Positions 32,756-35,091 of a stretch of 35,091 nt of DNA are shown one piece after another. Each line of letters starts with the position of its first letter. Position 1 is the stretch's first letter. The notes beneath the pieces are model-generated. The model made no database searches and was not told the DNA's origin. It saw nothing but the letters and a program-made list of their open reading frames with translations. This DNA comes from Chloroflexota bacterium (GTDB taxonomy: Bacteria; Chloroflexota; Dehalococcoidia; Dehalococcoidales; UBA2162): the NCBI GenBank assembly GCA_016193545.1, contig JACPSA010000041.1:1-35091 (forward strand), read 5' to 3'. The position numbers were made by a program, and so were the translations under genes.

Positions 32756-34768
32756 TCAGTGAACCAGCAGGAAGATCCCGCCGTCCTGGGGTTGAATTGT
32801 GAAGCTTGTACCCTTGTTACCCGTGGACACGTTCTGATAAGTGGTAGCAAATGAGATTGTGCTGGCGCTGTATGTTGGATTGACCGCCACTATACCGTTT
32901 TGAAATTCCCTTGTCCATGTACCATCACTTTGCTTTTGGGCTTTGCCTTTGGCTAAGCCAAGGTTGATATCATACTCAGGGAACCACCATAACGTACCAT
33001 AGGAACGGTCGCCCATACCAAATTGATAGTAACCGTCGTCAAGTAACGTTATTGTCAGCCCATACCTCATTTTCTGTAAATCAGTAATAGAAAGCTGTGG
33101 TTTTTCACGGTCATTAGGTCTGTTATCGGTGTCAGTAGCTATGATATGAATTCTTGAAGGAGGTGCCGGGCTCTGCATATTTCTTTCGTATATGTCCCAG
33201 ACTTTCGTGAAGTCGTGACTGCTGTAGGCGCTTGTGCCCAGAGCGTTCTCTTGCATATGACCGTTCGCATAATCAAAATAGGAGGAATTAGCAAACCATT
33301 CACTCCCGGGATTGCCGAATATTATTGCCTCCGGGCCCAGCAGGTCTCTTGTTATTTTCAGAAGCTTTGTCATGCCTTGCTGCCACAGCTGCTGGACCAC
33401 AGATGGACTTTCGGCAACACCGTCATTATTCATGTCTATGTTCTGATTAGAAGCAAATTTTTTACTGCCTTCCCAAACATTGTCGTAGAAAACTCCATCA
33501 AAAAGGCCAGAGGACATTACTTTATCTTTAACAAAATTAGCCAGATAATTAGGCCAATCACTGTTGGGATTCATGCCTTGCCATTGCTCCGGGTCGTCCA
33601 TGAGAACAACACGGCTGGGTGTTGTCTGACTTCCTGGCGCTTGTCCGTGATGCAGGAAGAGGTTCTCATTTGAATCACTTGGGGAAATTCCATAATATCT
33701 CATCAGATAGCGCATAAAATTGATACGTTCGCTGGTCATATAGCTCGGTAAATTCTGGGCTTGAAGATCGTTAGTTAATAGCCAGCGCCAATTTCCTCCT
33801 GTTCCAGCCTCTATGTAAGCAAGAATCTTGATATGTGGGTTTAACTTCCGTATCCGCTCAAGATGTTGCCTGGCAAAACTAGCTCTATTATAATCGACGA
33901 TAATAAGGTCCCATCTGGCGAGAGATTCTACGGAAGATTTTATCTGTGAGCTATCAAGCTGTTGCAGCTTCCCAAAAAACGTGACACCAATGTAACAGTT
34001 GGCTAATCGCGGAAATGAGCCTGTTTCTTTTACCCTCATGATTTCAGTGAACCCTTCGATTTCAACTGTATACAGGCCGGGAACGTCTTTCACAACATTA
34101 AAAACTGTAGTCTGAGTGGAACCCGGTCCAATCGTAAGGTCTCTTGTTTCTTGTATGGCGCCATTGACTTTCAACGTTAAGGAGTAAGACCCTTTCGTTC
34201 CCCCGATGTTGCCGACATTAGCGGTAACAGCTATTTTCTCTCCGAGCAATACTACAATAGGTGCAACATCGATGGAAGTAACCTGAAACTTAGCTGGACT
34301 GCTTGGGATAGAGGGCGGAGTCGTTGGTGAGGCAACTATAAGAGTGGTAGATTGACCGTCAATGCTCACAGAATGCGTTCCGGCGGAAACTGGTGCTATC
34401 CTGAAGGTGACCTTCTGGCTGGAGCCGCCGGACAGACTGACCGTTTCCCTGCCCCGGAGAACATCATCTAATTTAAGAATGGCATCATACGTGCCGGCCA
34501 GCTCTCCTGTATTGGTGACAAGCGCTTCGGCAGTTACCAGAGAGCCAGGCGTGGTCTCTTTAGGAAGAACTGTGAGGCCGCTAACGATAAAGTTGGCCGG
34601 TCTTGGCTCTGGTTTCGGAGGTGCTGATGATGGAGAAGATTCCGTAGTTTTGTTCTCGGTTTGCGGCGGTACCGCAGGTGCATTTTGAGCGCAGGAACTC
34701 AAAACCAGGACTGCGGTTAGCAGCCAGAACACAGCAAGGTTTGCGCCTCTTTTTACTTTAATGACCAT
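32756..34768 (-). CDS. Cell-surface lipoprotein: two CARDB-like Ig-fold domains plus a C-terminal TIM-barrel glycoside-hydrolase-like domain (GH114/GHL-type, tentative)
   Basis: 670 aa with signal peptide and lipobox (LVLSSCAQ) and a Pro/Ser linker. Two ~100-aa repeats match the CARDB pattern (VTNTGELAGTYDAILKLDD...; VGNIGGTKGSYSLTLKVNG...). The C-terminal ~400 aa include DLIIVDYN...ILAYIEAG...FDGVFYDNVWE. Confidence 0.6.
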   Translation of the reverse strand: MVIKVKRGANLAVFWLLTAVLVLSSCAQNAPAVPPQTENKTTESSPSSAPPKPEPRPANFIVSGLTVLPKETTPGSLVTAEALVTNTGELAGTYDAILKLDDVLRGRETVSLSGGSSQKVTFRIAPVSAGTHSVSIDGQSTTLIVASPTTPPSIPSSPAKFQVTSIDVAPIVVLLGEKIAVTANVGNIGGTKGSYSLTLKVNGAIQETRDLTIGPGSTQTTVFNVVKDVPGLYTVEIEGFTEIMRVKETGSFPRLANCYIGVTFFGKLQQLDSSQIKSSVESLARWDLIIVDYNRASFARQHLERIRKLNPHIKILAYIEAGTGGNWRWLLTNDLQAQNLPSYMTSERINFMRYLMRYYGISPSDSNENLFLHHGQAPGSQTTPSRVVLMDDPEQWQGMNPNSDWPNYLANFVKDKVMSSGLFDGVFYDNVWEGSKKFASNQNIDMNNDGVAESPSVVQQLWQQGMTKLLKITRDLLGPEAIIFGNPGSEWFANSSYFDYANGHMQENALGTSAYSSHDFTKVWDIYERNMQSPAPPSRIHIIATDTDNRPNDREKPQLSITDLQKMRYGLTITLLDDGYYQFGMGDRSYGTLWWFPEYDINLGLAKGKAQKQSDGTWTREFQNGIVAVNPTYSASTISFATTYQNVSTGNKGTSFTIQPQDGGIFLLVH

Positions 34769-34998
34769 GCCTCTATTTTGCAGGACTTGTTCAGTTATGG
34801 CAAATTCTAATCCGTTCTTTTAAGCTCTGTCAAACCAATGATGTAGAAATCAGCTTTTCAAAATACCCTTAATGAATATGGCGAGTGTTATTGCCAGAAA
34901 TAGAGGGTGGATACGGGAGTGTTCCATCTTGTTTGGTCTCTTGTCAGGTAAATCATCGCAAGCAATTAGCTAACTTCTGCTTTATTTTTGCAAGCACC

Positions 34999-35072
34999 TG
35001 GCTGGGGATGAAGGATTCGAACCTTCCCATACGGATTCAGAGTCCGTTGTCCTACCGCTAGACGAATCCCCA
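34999..35072 (-). tRNA. tRNA-Gln (anticodon CUG), CCA encoded
   Basis: Minus-strand 74-mer TGGGGATTCGTCTAGCGGTAGGACAACGGACTCTGAATCCGTATGGGAAGGTTCGAATCCTTCATCCCCAGCCA. The acceptor is TGGGGAT/ATCCCCA, the anticodon stem is ACGGA/TCCGT with loop CT-CTG-AA, and the T arm is GAAGG-TTCGAAT-CCTTC. Confidence 0.9.
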
Positions 35073-35091
35073 ACGCATCAAGATTATAGCC

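Noticed and set aside
31187-35072. tRNA-Glu to tRNA-Gln bounded 3.9-kb segment as an integrated genomic island
   Set aside because: It has no integrase, recombinase or phage genes. I found no direct repeat of a tRNA 3' end beyond the universally conserved GGTTCGAATCC T-loop shared by both tRNAs.

Overview
This 35-kb window looks like a bacterial chromosomal fragment of about 50% GC. Nearly all genes are on the minus strand. The gene content (Pro/Thr-linker lipoprotein solute-binding proteins, many CoA-ligase, hydratase and amidohydrolase genes) gives a low-confidence guess of a Chloroflexota/Dehalococcoidia-like organism.

Contents, left to right:
- A partial hemW-like radical SAM gene and a TrmH/SpoU methyltransferase.
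- Three tandem alanine-rich coiled-coil genes that share a conserved N-terminal K-I-M-x-x-P-L-P-x-I-L-D-E motif. I could not place them in any family. Two of the three are disrupted.
- An MFS transporter relic.
- A pair of ABC exporter half-transporters with a damaged junction.
- A tri-heme lipoprotein cytochrome c plus a membrane protein.
- An internally deleted ThiF/MoeB-like E1 gene.
- A tightly packed 10-gene minus-strand string: MoxR, DUF58, a transglutaminase-like membrane protein, then TrpF-like isomerase, Zn-ADH, DhnA-type class I aldolase, beta-RFAP-synthase-family GHMP protein, acyl-CoA (AMP) ligase, amidohydrolase-2, and an ADP-forming acyl-CoA synthetase alpha subunit.
- A crotonase, an Lrp/AsnC regulator and two tandem orphan family-5 solute-binding lipoproteins.
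- A divergent cyclase-like protein.
- tRNA-Glu(CUC) and tRNA-Gln(CUG) flanking two small membrane proteins, a repeated ~100-bp element and a CARDB-CARDB-glycosidase-like lipoprotein.

No CRISPR array, transposase, integrase or rRNA was seen.

The two most interesting candidates are the Ala-rich motif family (2031-5204) and the aryl/ribose-phosphate-like enzyme cluster (11933-19672). Five separate gene lesions lie between 2 and 11.5 kb, so either this region is decaying or the assembly has errors there.
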